Of a DNA stretch of 64,000 nucleotides, positions 1 through 8,542 are shown piece after piece. Position 1 is the first letter of the stretch, and each line of letters begins with the position of its first letter. The notes under the pieces are model-generated. The model was not told where the DNA came from. It worked only from the letters and a program-made list of their open reading frames with translations, and searched no databases. The DNA lies in contig JAPXTJ010000001.1 in NCBI GenBank assembly GCA_033812595.1, positions 13,306-77,305 of the forward strand, given 5' to 3'. This DNA is from Thermomicrobiales bacterium (GTDB lineage: Bacteria > Chloroflexota > Chloroflexia > Thermomicrobiales > UBA6265). Made by a program: the position numbers and the translations under genes.

Positions 1-1411
1 CTTCATTCAGCCCGATGACTGATACAACCACCCCACGGCGGCGGAACCGCATGACCACCTTGTCGAGCGATCCGACGGCCGAAACGTCCCAGAAGTGGGC
101 GTTCGTCGCGTCAATGACAACGGTTTTCACTGGCTCGGTGAAGTCAAACGCGGATTCGAACTGCTGCGTGGAAGCGAAGAAGACCTGACCGTGGATGGCG
201 TAGAACCGCGTTCGGCCATCCTCTGACCGGGTCGATTCGATCCCGAATCGTTGGCTGATCTTCCAGGCGAAGAAGATGCCGCTGAGCAGGACACCCACCA
301 GAACACCGTAGGCCAGATTGCTCGTGGCCACCACCACCGCGACCGTCGCCAGCATCACGATGCTCGAACTCGGCGGATTCGTGCGCAGGTTCCGGATCGA
401 TGACCAGTTGAACGTGCCGATGCAAACCATGATCATGACCGCCACCAACGCGGCCATCGGCATCCGTCCCACCCAGTCGCTGAACCCGACGACCAGCACC
501 AGCAGCACCGCGCCAGCGATGAAGGTCGAGAGCCGGCCACGACCGCCGGACTTCACGTTGATCACCGACTGTCCGATCATCGCGCACCCGGCCATGCCGC
601 CCAGGAATCCGGTCGCGACATTCGCAAGTCCCTGGCCCTTGCACTCGCGGTTCTTGTCGCTCCCGGAATCGGTGAAGTCATCGACGATCGACGCGGTGAG
701 CAGAGACTCGAGGAGACCGACGATCGCCAGCGGAATCGCGTAGGGCAGGATGATGCGGAGGGTTTCAAGATTGAGCGGGATATCAGGAATCAGAAAGATG
801 GGCAGCGATGATGGCAGCTCACCCATATCGCCCACCGTTCGAAGTTCATCCAGCCCGAACGCAACCGTGACGATCGAGAGCACGATGATGGCGATGAGGG
901 GCGAGGGGACACCTTTGAACACCCGTGGCAGCAGGTAGATGATGGCCAGCGCCGCCGCTACCATCGGGTAGGTCAACCAGTTCACACCCCGCAATTCCGG
1001 AAGCTGCGCCAGAAAAATCAGGATCGCGAGCGCATTCACAAACCCGATCATGACCGACCGCGAGACGAAGCGCATCACCCGTCCCAGCTTCAGATAGCCG
1101 GCCAATATCTGCAGCGCGCCCGTCACGATCGTGGTGGCGAAGAGGTATTGAAGACCGTGATCCTTGACGAGATCGACCATCAGGAGGGCCATGGCGCCGG
1201 TGGCCGCCGAAATCATCGCCGGACGGCCACCGGCAAACGAAATCACCACCGCCATCGAAAAGGAGGCGTAGAGGCCGATCTTGGGATCGACGCCGGCGAT
1301 GATCGAGAACGCGATGGCCTCCGGAATCAACGCCAGGGCGACAAGCAGACCGGAAAGCAGATCGCCACGGACGTTTCCGAACCACTCCGACCGCAGGCGG
1401 GCAACGTACAT
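1..1411 (-). CDS. SulP-family inorganic anion permease with C-terminal STAS domain (3' end runs off the left edge)
   Basis: Not in the ORF track because it is open at the window edge. Reverse translation from ATG 1411..1409 gives [51 protein letters not shown], a SulP N-terminal signature. The last in-window residues, [40 protein letters not shown], look like a STAS domain. Confidence 0.85.
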   Translation of the reverse strand, partial: MYVARLRSEWFGNVRGDLLSGLLVALALIPEAIAFSIIAGVDPKIGLYASFSMAVVISFAGGRPAMISAATGAMALLMVDLVKDHGLQYLFATTIVTGALQILAGYLKLGRVMRFVSRSVMIGFVNALAILIFLAQLPELRGVNWLTYPMVAAALAIIYLLPRVFKGVPSPLIAIIVLSIVTVAFGLDELRTVGDMGELPSSLPIFLIPDIPLNLETLRIILPYAIPLAIVGLLESLLTASIVDDFTDSGSDKNRECKGQGLANVATGFLGGMAGCAMIGQSVINVKSGGRGRLSTFIAGAVLLVLVVGFSDWVGRMPMAALVAVMIMVCIGTFNWSSIRNLRTNPPSSSIVMLATVAVVVATSNLAYGVLVGVLLSGIFFAWKISQRFGIESTRSEDGRTRFYAIHGQVFFASTQQFESAFDFTEPVKTVVIDATNAHFWDVSAVGSLDKVVMRFRRRGVVVSVIGLNE

Positions 1412-1462
1412 CTGTGCTCCCGGGAATGTAGAAAAACAAAAGTCTGACGGCCATCACACAGC

Positions 1463-1514
1463 GCAACTCCAGGCTGGTGACAGGAAACAGGCCCGTTCAC
1501 CCGCCTGGAGTTGC
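1463..1514 (-). terminator. Stem-loop between the DUF1989 gene and the SulP gene (possible terminator or attenuator)
   Basis: 12-bp perfect arms gcaactccaggc (1463-1474) and gcctggagttgc (1503-1514). A T-rich run (cttttgtttttc on the minus strand) lies about 25 nt further downstream, not adjacent to the stem. Confidence 0.3.
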
Positions 1515-1524
1515 CGATCAGAGG

Positions 1525-2118
1525 CTATTGAAAGACGCGAACCATCACATCCGGATTCGTCGCGGCATCGCCGCCGTATTTGCCCGGCAACGCGGCAATG
1601 CCGACCACGCAATCGGTCAGAGCGAGCAGCATCACGGAATCGCCCTTTTCGGCCAGTGACTCCTGAATTTCGATCGCGCCGCGTTGCAGAATGCTGACCT
1701 TCATGAAGAGGTTGACCGGGTCGGGCAGATCGTCCGCGCTGACGCCGAATTCCGCCAGGCGCGAGACCAGCGATTTGCCGGTGTCGTCGGTCGTCCGCGC
1801 CGCCTGGGAATCAAGGGGATGGAGCAGATCGTGCCGCTGCACGGAATCCTCGATCACTTGCAACAGGGCGCTATCCCGGTTGGAATAGAGGCTCATGCCG
1901 AGTTCGAGCATGATCGAATTGTTGCGCGCCCTGGTCTGCGCCACCGAGAGGTGCTCGCGATTGTCCGGACCTGCGAACGCCACCAGACTGGCCGCCTGTT
2001 TGCCGTCGAGGGCGACGACCTGCACAACCTGGCCGGCCAGCACGTGGAACGCTGCGCCTTCGCCGGGGCGAAGTCGCTCTGCCTTGATTGCTGTCCTGCC
2101 AACGAGACCTACGCTCAC
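1525..2118 (-). CDS. DUF1989 / urea-carboxylase-associated family protein
   Basis: 197-aa ORF. The overall pattern (HVLAGQVVQVVALDGKQAASLVAF ... EKGDSVMLLALTDCVVGIAALPG) resembles the DUF1989 family. GC3-rich codons. Confidence 0.65.
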   Translation of the reverse strand: MSVGLVGRTAIKAERLRPGEGAAFHVLAGQVVQVVALDGKQAASLVAFAGPDNREHLSVAQTRARNNSIMLELGMSLYSNRDSALLQVIEDSVQRHDLLHPLDSQAARTTDDTGKSLVSRLAEFGVSADDLPDPVNLFMKVSILQRGAIEIQESLAEKGDSVMLLALTDCVVGIAALPGKYGGDAATNPDVMVRVFQ

Positions 2119-2268
2119 CTGTTGTGCTCCTTCAGCGACGACCGCGATCAGCCGCGCTGATTGTCGCAGTCAGCGCACCGCTCCGGCAAACCGCCGTGCC
2201 ATACTTCACCGGAGACTCGCTACGCGGCGCTGATCGTGCCTGGCGCGCGCGTTTGATAAGGATGATCG

Positions 2269-3540
2269 ATGGTCGACAATGAGCTTCGTTGCCCGCAGTG
2301 TGGATCCCCCGTGCTCGCCTCAGCCAATTACTGCGTCATCTGCGGCATCCGCCTGCCCGATCGGTCGCAGGTCGAGGTGATCGAGTCCGCCGGATGGGAT
2401 ACCCCGCGCCCCGCCGAGCCGATTCTGCCGGTCGAAATCCCCGAATTCGATGAGCTGACCGGCGTCGATCCCCGGTCCGATCTTCCCGTCGAATCGTCCG
2501 AAGATCAGCCTGCGGAAACCTTCGAAGCGATCCCGGCGATTGACCTCGACGAACTTGACGCCTTCATCGCGCTCGATCCAGTCGCCTCCAACGACGAATT
2601 GGACGGTGAGATCACCGAGGAAGAACTCGAAATCGACGACATGATCGAAGAGGGCGGACCGGTTTTCGAGGGAGCGCCCGAAACAATCGAGGACGAGCCT
2701 AACGAGCCGGCGACTGAAGCGATCAACATGATCGATGAAGGCGCTCCGATCGCCGATGACGAATCAACCGAAATACTCGAAGTAGTGAGGATCGAGGCGG
2801 TCATCGAAGTCGAGGAAATGGTTTCCGAAGGCGGTCCGGTCGTCGAGACCGAACCGGGCGACGACGAACCTGACGCGGGGATCGTATCGGACGAGGAAGC
2901 GATCGAAATGATCGATGAGGGTGGGCCCGCGTTCGAGGACGAAACCGCGCCTGAACCGGCCGATGATGACGATACCGAAGTCGATCAACTCGCCGCCGCC
3001 GTGCTGATGCACGAGCCGGACCCGGCGCCGATGATCTCGGCCTCCTACCCCGAAAGCGAGATTCCGGTCAACGATGCCGTCCGGCTCCGGCCCGGCGAGC
3101 AGTACTGGTGGTCAGTCGATAGCGACGATGCCTGGGGTGATTTCGCGCCCCTGCACCAGACAACCGCCCCGGTTCCCCCGGCCACTCCGGATGTCGCCGC
3201 AAAGCCGGCTGATCCGGAGGCGCTGGAACGCGTCCAGGCGTTGCTCGACGAACTCCGGGAGCTGTTGCCGCAACTCGGTCAGGTTCGCACCGAAGCGGGT
3301 CCGAACCTCTCCGAACTCCGCTCGATCGCCATCGCCGCGCGCGGTGAACGCTCATTCGACGATTGGGCGGCACTCCGCACCGTGTCGGCCATGGCCGTCG
3401 GCCGGCCAACCGATATCGACACGATTCTCCAGCTCTCGAAACGGGTCGATGACATCGCAGCGCTGATCGCCGAGCGCGATCGCCTGCAAGGCGCGTTCGC
3501 GAAGATCGTCGACTGGATCGACAAGCGTAACGGCGCGTAG
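2269..3540 (+). CDS. Zinc-ribbon protein with acidic repeat region and helical C-terminal domain (function unknown)
   Basis: N-terminal CPQCGSPV...YCVICG zinc ribbon, a highly acidic central region with four repeats, and a C-terminal region of about 150 aa that looks helical. Confidence 0.7.
   Translation: MVDNELRCPQCGSPVLASANYCVICGIRLPDRSQVEVIESAGWDTPRPAEPILPVEIPEFDELTGVDPRSDLPVESSEDQPAETFEAIPAIDLDELDAFIALDPVASNDELDGEITEEELEIDDMIEEGGPVFEGAPETIEDEPNEPATEAINMIDEGAPIADDESTEILEVVRIEAVIEVEEMVSEGGPVVETEPGDDEPDAGIVSDEEAIEMIDEGGPAFEDETAPEPADDDDTEVDQLAAAVLMHEPDPAPMISASYPESEIPVNDAVRLRPGEQYWWSVDSDDAWGDFAPLHQTTAPVPPATPDVAAKPADPEALERVQALLDELRELLPQLGQVRTEAGPNLSELRSIAIAARGERSFDDWAALRTVSAMAVGRPTDIDTILQLSKRVDDIAALIAERDRLQGAFAKIVDWIDKRNGA
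2590..2960 (+). repeat. Four in-frame tandem units of about 87-90 bp (30 aa) inside the zinc-ribbon gene
   Basis: The motif M(I/V)(E/D/S)EG(G/A)P recurs with its Met codon at 2641, 2728, 2818 and 2908: DMIEEGGPVFE, NMIDEGAPIAD, EMVSEGGPVVE, EMIDEGGPAFE. Confidence 0.75.
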
Positions 3541-3546
3541 CCGCCG

Positions 3547-5082
3547 CTAGGCCGGGGCGCCGTTGTCCGCGTGCAGCGGCGCTCCGCAATGGGCGCAGAA
3601 CGAGCCGTCCGGCGTGATTCGCTGGCACGCGGGGCAGGTGACCCGCCGGCCCGAGCGCGTCATCGAGAGCGCGTCCTGACGGAGCGCACCGCGAATGGCG
3701 GAGCGGGTCACGAACCAGAGCGCCAGCACCACGACCAGCTGCCAGACGAGTTCCGCTGCCGCGCCCGCCGGCTGGATCAAAAGATCGACGATCGAGAAGA
3801 CGATGATCCCGCCGACCCCGGCCACCACGCCGCGCGTCAGTGACGAGGCGCGCTGATCGATGGCGTATTGCCAGATCGAGGCGCACAGCACTGCCGCGAA
3901 CGCGCCGTAGATCAACGGCCGCAGCACGATCAAGCCGACGATCGTCGCCGTCCAGTCAGAAACGTCGCCGCCGGGATTCTGGCCGTGCACGATGGCGGGC
4001 CAGTAGTGAACAACGGCGGTCGCCGCCGCGTATCCGGAGCCGGTCGCCGCTCCCAGGGTGACCCCGTCCATGATCTCGTTGCGCAGCACCGGCCAGCGGC
4101 GCATGAACACCGGCGCGATGGCGCAGGCGATCACCACGATCGCCGGAATCACCACGCCACCGAGCAGAATCCAGCCGATCGGAGGTGATCCCGCCGATTC
4201 GGCGAACCGCGCACCGTAACCGGCCGCGCCGGCGTAGAACGACGCGCCTTCGATCCAGAAGGCGCCGGTGAGCCAGGCTCCGATCGTACCGAAGAGGAGC
4301 CCGATCACCGCGCCGGCACCGAGCGCACCGACGATCGCCGGCCACGGCTCCCGCTCGAAGAGATCGAGATCGGTCAGGTAGAGGAGCGTCAGCACCGGCA
4401 CCAGGAAAACGCTCAGGAGAATGGCGATACCGGCGTTGTTGAGCAGCAACGCCACCAGCACCGCCAGCGCCACGATCCCGGCCAGACGCCGGTAATCGGC
4501 CAGCGGACGGCGTCCGCGCCGTTCAAGGGCATCGTGAATCGGATCGCCCTCGGCGCCACCGATCGAGACCGCCTTCGCCAGGCTGCCGCCAATCCGGCGG
4601 GTGCGTTCGAGCGCGGGGAAGGATCGCCCCTCCTCTTCCTCCTGATAGGGCACGATCGAATCGAGCACCTCGCCGTCGACGACCTCCAGATCGCCGTCAT
4701 AGTCCGGGTCGTACCCGTCATCGGCACTATCGGCGGGCGGTTCGTCGGTCGCGGGATCGAGGTCGGGCTCGGTATCGTCGACGGCATTGGAGTCTTGCGG
4801 ATCGATCGCCGCTTCCGCGTCGTCGGCGAACTCTTCGTCGGCGATCGGCATCGGCGGGTCCGCCGGGGTTGTGGTTGCTGGACGCTTCTGCCAATCGTCA
4901 CTGACCGGCTGCCGCGCCAGGGCCCGGCCGCAGTTCGCGCAGAAGATGCCTTTGGGGGTCAATTCGCCGCAGTGCGGGCAAGTAACGATCTCCGGACCGC
5001 TCTCAGTCCTGGTGACGTCGTCGCTCATCCTGAACCCGATCGCTAGTTCATCGGCTGCGTGGTCCGCAATCGGCGATCCCAC
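3547..5082 (-). CDS. Membrane protein: N-terminal zinc ribbon, acidic linker, PrsW-like polytopic domain, C-terminal zinc ribbon
   Basis: CPHCGELTPKGIFCANCG near the N-terminus and CPACQRITPDGSFCAHCG at the C-terminus. The membrane core has PrsW-like landmarks (LFEREPWP; DGVTLGAATGSGYAAATAVVHY), but the EExxK / ENxxY / His positions are substituted. Start is uncertain: GTG 5082 or ATG 5028. Confidence 0.65.
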   Translation of the reverse strand: MGSPIADHAADELAIGFRMSDDVTRTESGPEIVTCPHCGELTPKGIFCANCGRALARQPVSDDWQKRPATTTPADPPMPIADEEFADDAEAAIDPQDSNAVDDTEPDLDPATDEPPADSADDGYDPDYDGDLEVVDGEVLDSIVPYQEEEEGRSFPALERTRRIGGSLAKAVSIGGAEGDPIHDALERRGRRPLADYRRLAGIVALAVLVALLLNNAGIAILLSVFLVPVLTLLYLTDLDLFEREPWPAIVGALGAGAVIGLLFGTIGAWLTGAFWIEGASFYAGAAGYGARFAESAGSPPIGWILLGGVVIPAIVVIACAIAPVFMRRWPVLRNEIMDGVTLGAATGSGYAAATAVVHYWPAIVHGQNPGGDVSDWTATIVGLIVLRPLIYGAFAAVLCASIWQYAIDQRASSLTRGVVAGVGGIIVFSIVDLLIQPAGAAAELVWQLVVVLALWFVTRSAIRGALRQDALSMTRSGRRVTCPACQRITPDGSFCAHCGAPLHADNGAPA

Positions 5083-5161
5083 GCGTCATTCCGACGAAGC
5101 CTACGCCGATCCGCCGCGCGCGTCGATAACCCGGCGCATAGCGATGGCGCGAATGTGGGGC

Positions 5162-7276
5162 CTATTGCACCACAACCGGCGGGATCGGCGCACCGGCCGG
5201 ACGCCGCCAGAGCAGGCGGGTGTGCCAGGTTTGCCAGTTCATCACCGGGGTGAATCCGAGCAGATCGGGCCGGGCGAGAATCAGATCCTGCGGGAAGCCA
5301 AGCCAGAGCCCGAAGAGATCGTCGTTGACCACCGCCTGAAGCTCCTGGACCGAAGTGACGAGGCTATCGAGCGAGAGCGCATTGAGCGACGCCCGGATCG
5401 CGCTGTCGGCCGTGGCATTGCTGTAGCCACCCGGGTTCCAGCCTTGGGGATTGACGCGGATATCCCAGTTCGACCCGTAAAGATCGAAATCGGTGAACCC
5501 GGGGTAGGTTTGGTAGCTGAAGGCGATCAGGTCGAAATCGTGCCCGCGAATCCAGCGCTCGTTGAACGCCTCGTCACCGAGTTCCTCCACCCGCAGCGTC
5601 ACGCCAAGTTGGGCGAAGTCATCGCTGATCATGCGCAGTGCCGACCGCATCTCGAACCGGGAGTCGATCCGCGTGATCACGCTGACCGAGAAGGGATTGC
5701 CATCCGGATCGAGCGTGGTGCCATTCGATTGCCGGCTGAATCCCGATTCGTTCAGCAATTCGCGCGCGGTGCGGCGACTGAGCGCCGGGTTGACCTGATC
5801 GGAATCGCGCAACCAGGGCTGCGGGAAGGTGCCGGCCGCCTGGTGGTCGATCAGCCCCAGGAAGACCTGCTCGGCGTAGCGGCGCCGGTCGACCATCATC
5901 GACAGGGCCTGCCGAATCCGAACGTCGTCGAACAGGAACGGGTTGCTGCGCGCCGGATTGTTTCGGTTGAACTGGGCGAACATCACGACCGGCGCGTCGG
6001 CCGCGTAGAGCAGGCCGGGTTGATCGTTCACCCACTCGAGTTCGTGAGGCCGGATCGGGAAGAGCAGGTCGACATCGCCGTTCCGCCAGGTTTCGGCCCG
6101 CGTGCGCGGATCGCTGTCCCAGGTGAATACGAGTTGCTCGAAGTGGGCCGGATCAGCGGCCCAATAATCGTCGTTGCGCTCGAAGGTCATCGAATCGCGG
6201 TCCTGCTCGGTGAAGACCCACGGACCGGTACCGACCGGCTTGTTCGCCTCCCAATCGAAGCCGGAAAGCGTCCGCTGCCCGATCGGCCGCGATTCCCAGT
6301 GCTTCTCGAGCGCACGGGCCGGGAAGATGAACTGGCTACCACCGTTCGCGATGAAATTCGCGTCCGAGGACGACATCTCAACCGAGATCGAGCGTGAGCC
6401 GACCGCCTTGACATCGCTGACATTGACGAAGAAGTTGCGCACGGCGCTGTCAACATCGTCCCGGTAGGCGAGGAGCGAGAAGACGACGTCTTCCTGGGTG
6501 AGCGGCCTGCCGTCGTGCCAGGTGATCCCTTCGCGCAGTGTGAAGATGATGCGCCGCTTTTCGTCATCGACACGCCAACTTTCGGCCAGCCAGGGCTGCG
6601 GCTCCATCGTTCGCTCATCGATCCAGACGAGCGGATCGAGGTAACTCGCCATGATCTGGAAGTCCTGGCGGAACGAAACCGGGCTGAAATCCTCGTTGCG
6701 ATTCAGCGTCAGCATGACCCGGAGCGTGTCGCTCTGGACGGGCTGTTCGGTGTACTGCGGCGATTGATTGCGAACCAGGGTCAGCGCGCCGAATGGCGAG
6801 GCGACTTCTTCCTCGGGCTCGGGAGAGGCCGGAGGTGTCTCCTCGACCACCGCCGTCGCTTCGGGGGTGGCCGGAACCGACTCGGCGGTTGCGGTCGGTG
6901 ACGATTCCTGGAAGGCGGGGGCGTTAACGCTGGTGGTCGATTCGCCGCCGCCGCCACGTTCCATGATCCGGGCCAGACCGGCGAGGGGCACCCCGGCGGC
7001 GGCCAGCCCAACGACGAAACCGCGCCGTCCGATGCGCTGGGCCGGCAGGTCGGCGTACAGCGCGGCGGGATCGAGCCGCGCCCACTCCGCCAGCACTTCC
7101 GGGGTGATCTCATCCTCATCCGCGGCGAGATCAGCCGGGTCGGCCGCGTGATGCGCGGGAACGCCATCCTCATCGATGAACTCGGCTTCCGACCCGGCGA
7201 GCTGCTTGTTCAGCAACCGCTCGTCGTCGGCTTCCGTTTCGTCATCGAATTCGTGGTCGTCTCGGTAGTTGGTCAA
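5162..7276 (-). CDS. ABC transporter substrate-binding protein, family 5 (peptide/nickel/opine type), with long acidic N-terminal extension
   Basis: 704 aa. The family-5 core includes LRVMLTLNRNEDFSPV...PWLAESWRVDDEKRRIIFTLREGITWHDG. A twin-arginine-like anchor IGRRGFVVGLAAAGVPLAGLA is preceded by about 80 acidic residues. TTG start with GAAGGGG 9 nt upstream. Confidence 0.85.
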   Translation of the reverse strand: MTNYRDDHEFDDETEADDERLLNKQLAGSEAEFIDEDGVPAHHAADPADLAADEDEITPEVLAEWARLDPAALYADLPAQRIGRRGFVVGLAAAGVPLAGLARIMERGGGGESTTSVNAPAFQESSPTATAESVPATPEATAVVEETPPASPEPEEEVASPFGALTLVRNQSPQYTEQPVQSDTLRVMLTLNRNEDFSPVSFRQDFQIMASYLDPLVWIDERTMEPQPWLAESWRVDDEKRRIIFTLREGITWHDGRPLTQEDVVFSLLAYRDDVDSAVRNFFVNVSDVKAVGSRSISVEMSSSDANFIANGGSQFIFPARALEKHWESRPIGQRTLSGFDWEANKPVGTGPWVFTEQDRDSMTFERNDDYWAADPAHFEQLVFTWDSDPRTRAETWRNGDVDLLFPIRPHELEWVNDQPGLLYAADAPVVMFAQFNRNNPARSNPFLFDDVRIRQALSMMVDRRRYAEQVFLGLIDHQAAGTFPQPWLRDSDQVNPALSRRTARELLNESGFSRQSNGTTLDPDGNPFSVSVITRIDSRFEMRSALRMISDDFAQLGVTLRVEELGDEAFNERWIRGHDFDLIAFSYQTYPGFTDFDLYGSNWDIRVNPQGWNPGGYSNATADSAIRASLNALSLDSLVTSVQELQAVVNDDLFGLWLGFPQDLILARPDLLGFTPVMNWQTWHTRLLWRRPAGAPIPPVVVQ

Positions 7277-7452
7277 GATTCGGCGCCCCTTCGGTCGGCG
7301 ACGGCCGGCGCGGCCACACTCCGGGAGGCGGCACGGCGGTCAGCAGTCGTTCTGCGCCGATTCTACTACTGTACGTACACTCTGTACAAACACTCAATTG
7401 GCAGGCAACCACAACACACCGTAGTCCAGGCAGCCAAGGACGTTGTAGGGTT

Positions 7453-7569
7453 GCGGACCTTGTGTCCGCCCGTCCCGTAGCGTGTCATGCAACTCGTGAA
7501 GCTACACTCAATTCGTCGGATTTATCGGAAGTTTCTGCTGTCAACCGGACGGGCGGACACAACGTCCGC
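7453..7569. repeat. Imperfect 26-bp inverted repeat (24/26) flanking a 65-nt AT-richer spacer
   Basis: Left arm gcggaccttgtgtccgcccgtcccgt (7453-7478). Right arm accggacgggcggacacaacgtccgc (7544-7569). An extra ggacgttgt at 7438-7446 could pair alternatively with 7559-7567. Confidence 0.7.
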
Positions 7570-7605
7570 ATCCGTACGACGACATTGCCTGCGATGTGTC
7601 GACGG

Positions 7606-8463
7606 TCAGATTCTGTCTTCGTCACGGATGGCGGCGAGGATTCGGGCGTGGGTTTCGGGATCGCGGGCCATCAGCAGCCCGCCGTGATTGCGGGCGTCCT
7701 GTTTGTTGTACGTGAAACGCCGGCCGTGGAGATCGGTGAACCCTCCGCCCGCCTCGCGCACGAAGAGATCGGGGCCGGCGAAATCCCACTCCCAGGCGAT
7801 TTCGTCCCGGTACGGCACGTAGAGGCCGATCAGGGCGTCATACCGGCCGGTCGGGAAGAACTCGCGCGGGGTCACACCCCAGCGCGACACACCGGGACCG
7901 GTGGCGCCGATCTCCGCGCACATCCTCTCAAGGCGCGACAGTGCTTCCGGCGCGCCGAAGTAGACCGAGGTGAAGAGCCGGATCAGATCGGCCGCTTGCG
8001 CATCGAAGCGGAACGGCATTGTTTCGGCGCCGACTCGCACCCAGGCGCCCGCGCCCTTGACGGCGATCAGGGTCTGATCAGCGGCCGGCTGGTTGATGGC
8101 GGTCACCACCGGTTCGCCATCGACCGCCAGCGCGATCACCACGTCGAACTCGCCGGTGCGATCGATGAACTGCTGCGTGCCGTCGATTGGATCGACGATC
8201 CAGACCCGCCGGTTGGTCAGTCGCGCGGCGTCATCGATACCCTCTTCCGTCAGGAGCGCATCATCGGGAAATGCCGCGCTGATTCGCTCCCGCACGATCC
8301 GGTCGGAGGCGAGATCGGCATCGGTGACCGGAGAGCCGTCACCCTTGATGTACGTTTCCGCTGAAACGGCGTCGTACATCGCCCGCACCGCCGCGCCCGC
8401 TTCGAGCGCGGTTTCGATCGCCACTTTCAGTTCGCGGGAATAGTTGCCTGTGTAGTCGATCAA
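7606..8463 (-). CDS. Inositol monophosphatase / CysQ-like family phosphatase (paralogue 1)
   Basis: Motifs SPVTDADLASD, WIVDPIDGTQQF and WEWDFAGPDLFVREAGG. The track ORF extends to 8742, but the homologous region starts near LIDYTGNYSRELK, so a TTG at 8463 is proposed. Confidence 0.8.
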   Translation of the reverse strand: MIDYTGNYSRELKVAIETALEAGAAVRAMYDAVSAETYIKGDGSPVTDADLASDRIVRERISAAFPDDALLTEEGIDDAARLTNRRVWIVDPIDGTQQFIDRTGEFDVVIALAVDGEPVVTAINQPAADQTLIAVKGAGAWVRVGAETMPFRFDAQAADLIRLFTSVYFGAPEALSRLERMCAEIGATGPGVSRWGVTPREFFPTGRYDALIGLYVPYRDEIAWEWDFAGPDLFVREAGGGFTDLHGRRFTYNKQDARNHGGLLMARDPETHARILAAIRDEDRI

Positions 8464-8542
8464 CGCCCGATCTCCAGATCCATACGCGCGGATTCTTCGA
8501 TCGCCTACGGTATCATGGCCTTTGCGCCAACGCCCGATTTTG

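Noticed and set aside
2590-2960. Regularly spaced repeats of about 90 bp that could superficially suggest a CRISPR-like array
   Set aside because: The repeats are in frame inside a GC3-biased ORF and are conserved at the peptide level (MIDEGGP), not as exact DNA repeats with unique spacers.
4787-6397. 536-aa ORF on the plus strand
   Set aside because: It is antisense to the PrsW-like and binding-protein genes. The sequence is not protein-like.
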